Positions 63,936 to 64,000 of a DNA stretch of 64,000 bases are shown here, piece after piece. Made by a program: the position numbers and the translations under genes. The number at the start of each line of letters is the position of its first letter. Within the stretch, counting starts at the first letter, position 1. The DNA lies in contig NC_068983.1 in NCBI RefSeq assembly GCF_001194135.2, positions 70,039,822-70,103,821 of the forward strand, read 5' to 3'. The notes under the pieces are model-generated. The model was not told the origin of the DNA and searched no databases. It saw only the letters and a list, made by a program, of their open reading frames with translations. Source of the stretch: Octopus bimaculoides. Its lineage: Eukaryota.

Positions 63936-64000
63936 GGCACAGGTGTGGCTGTGTGGTAAGAAGCGGCGAGATGGCAGAATCGTTAGCACACCGGGCAAAA
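63936..64000 (+). mobile_element. Family A SINE head interrupted after about 28 nt by a family B SINE head; runs off the window end
   Basis: ggcacaggtgtggctgtgtggtaagaag | cggcgagatggcagaatcgttagcacaccgggcaaaa. Confidence 0.75.

Noticed and set aside
1-64000. CRISPR arrays, rRNA, bona fide tRNA genes, operons
   Set aside because: None seen. The tRNA-like segments are SINE heads without complete cloverleafs.

Overview
AT-rich eukaryotic genomic DNA dominated by transposon relics and microsatellites, with 7 assembly gaps (several next to (TA)n or (GA)n tracts). The SINE and LINE-tail families look like those of Octopus (coleoid cephalopod); this comes from my recognition of the repeats, not from a search. 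I could not identify any host protein-coding gene. Nearly all ORFs in the supplied track are microsatellite, gap or TE artefacts, and only a few isolated low-confidence exon candidates remain. Recognisable elements: two Penelope-like (PLE) RT loci, one with an inverted 5' part; several RTE LINE fragments; CR1-, Tx1/L1- and R4/Dong-like fragments; a decayed near-full-length mariner; three TIR MITEs; and dozens of copies of at least four SINE/LINE-tail families. The main unexplained signal is about ten mutually unrelated long inverted repeats (stems of 33-120 bp). One of them, a loop-less 161-bp palindrome at 40143-40303, carries a hammerhead-ribozyme-like core in each arm and lies about 1 kb from a second decayed hammerhead-like motif and the PLE. 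I cannot claim a new biological system from sequence alone; the hairpin and ribozyme candidates are the best leads.
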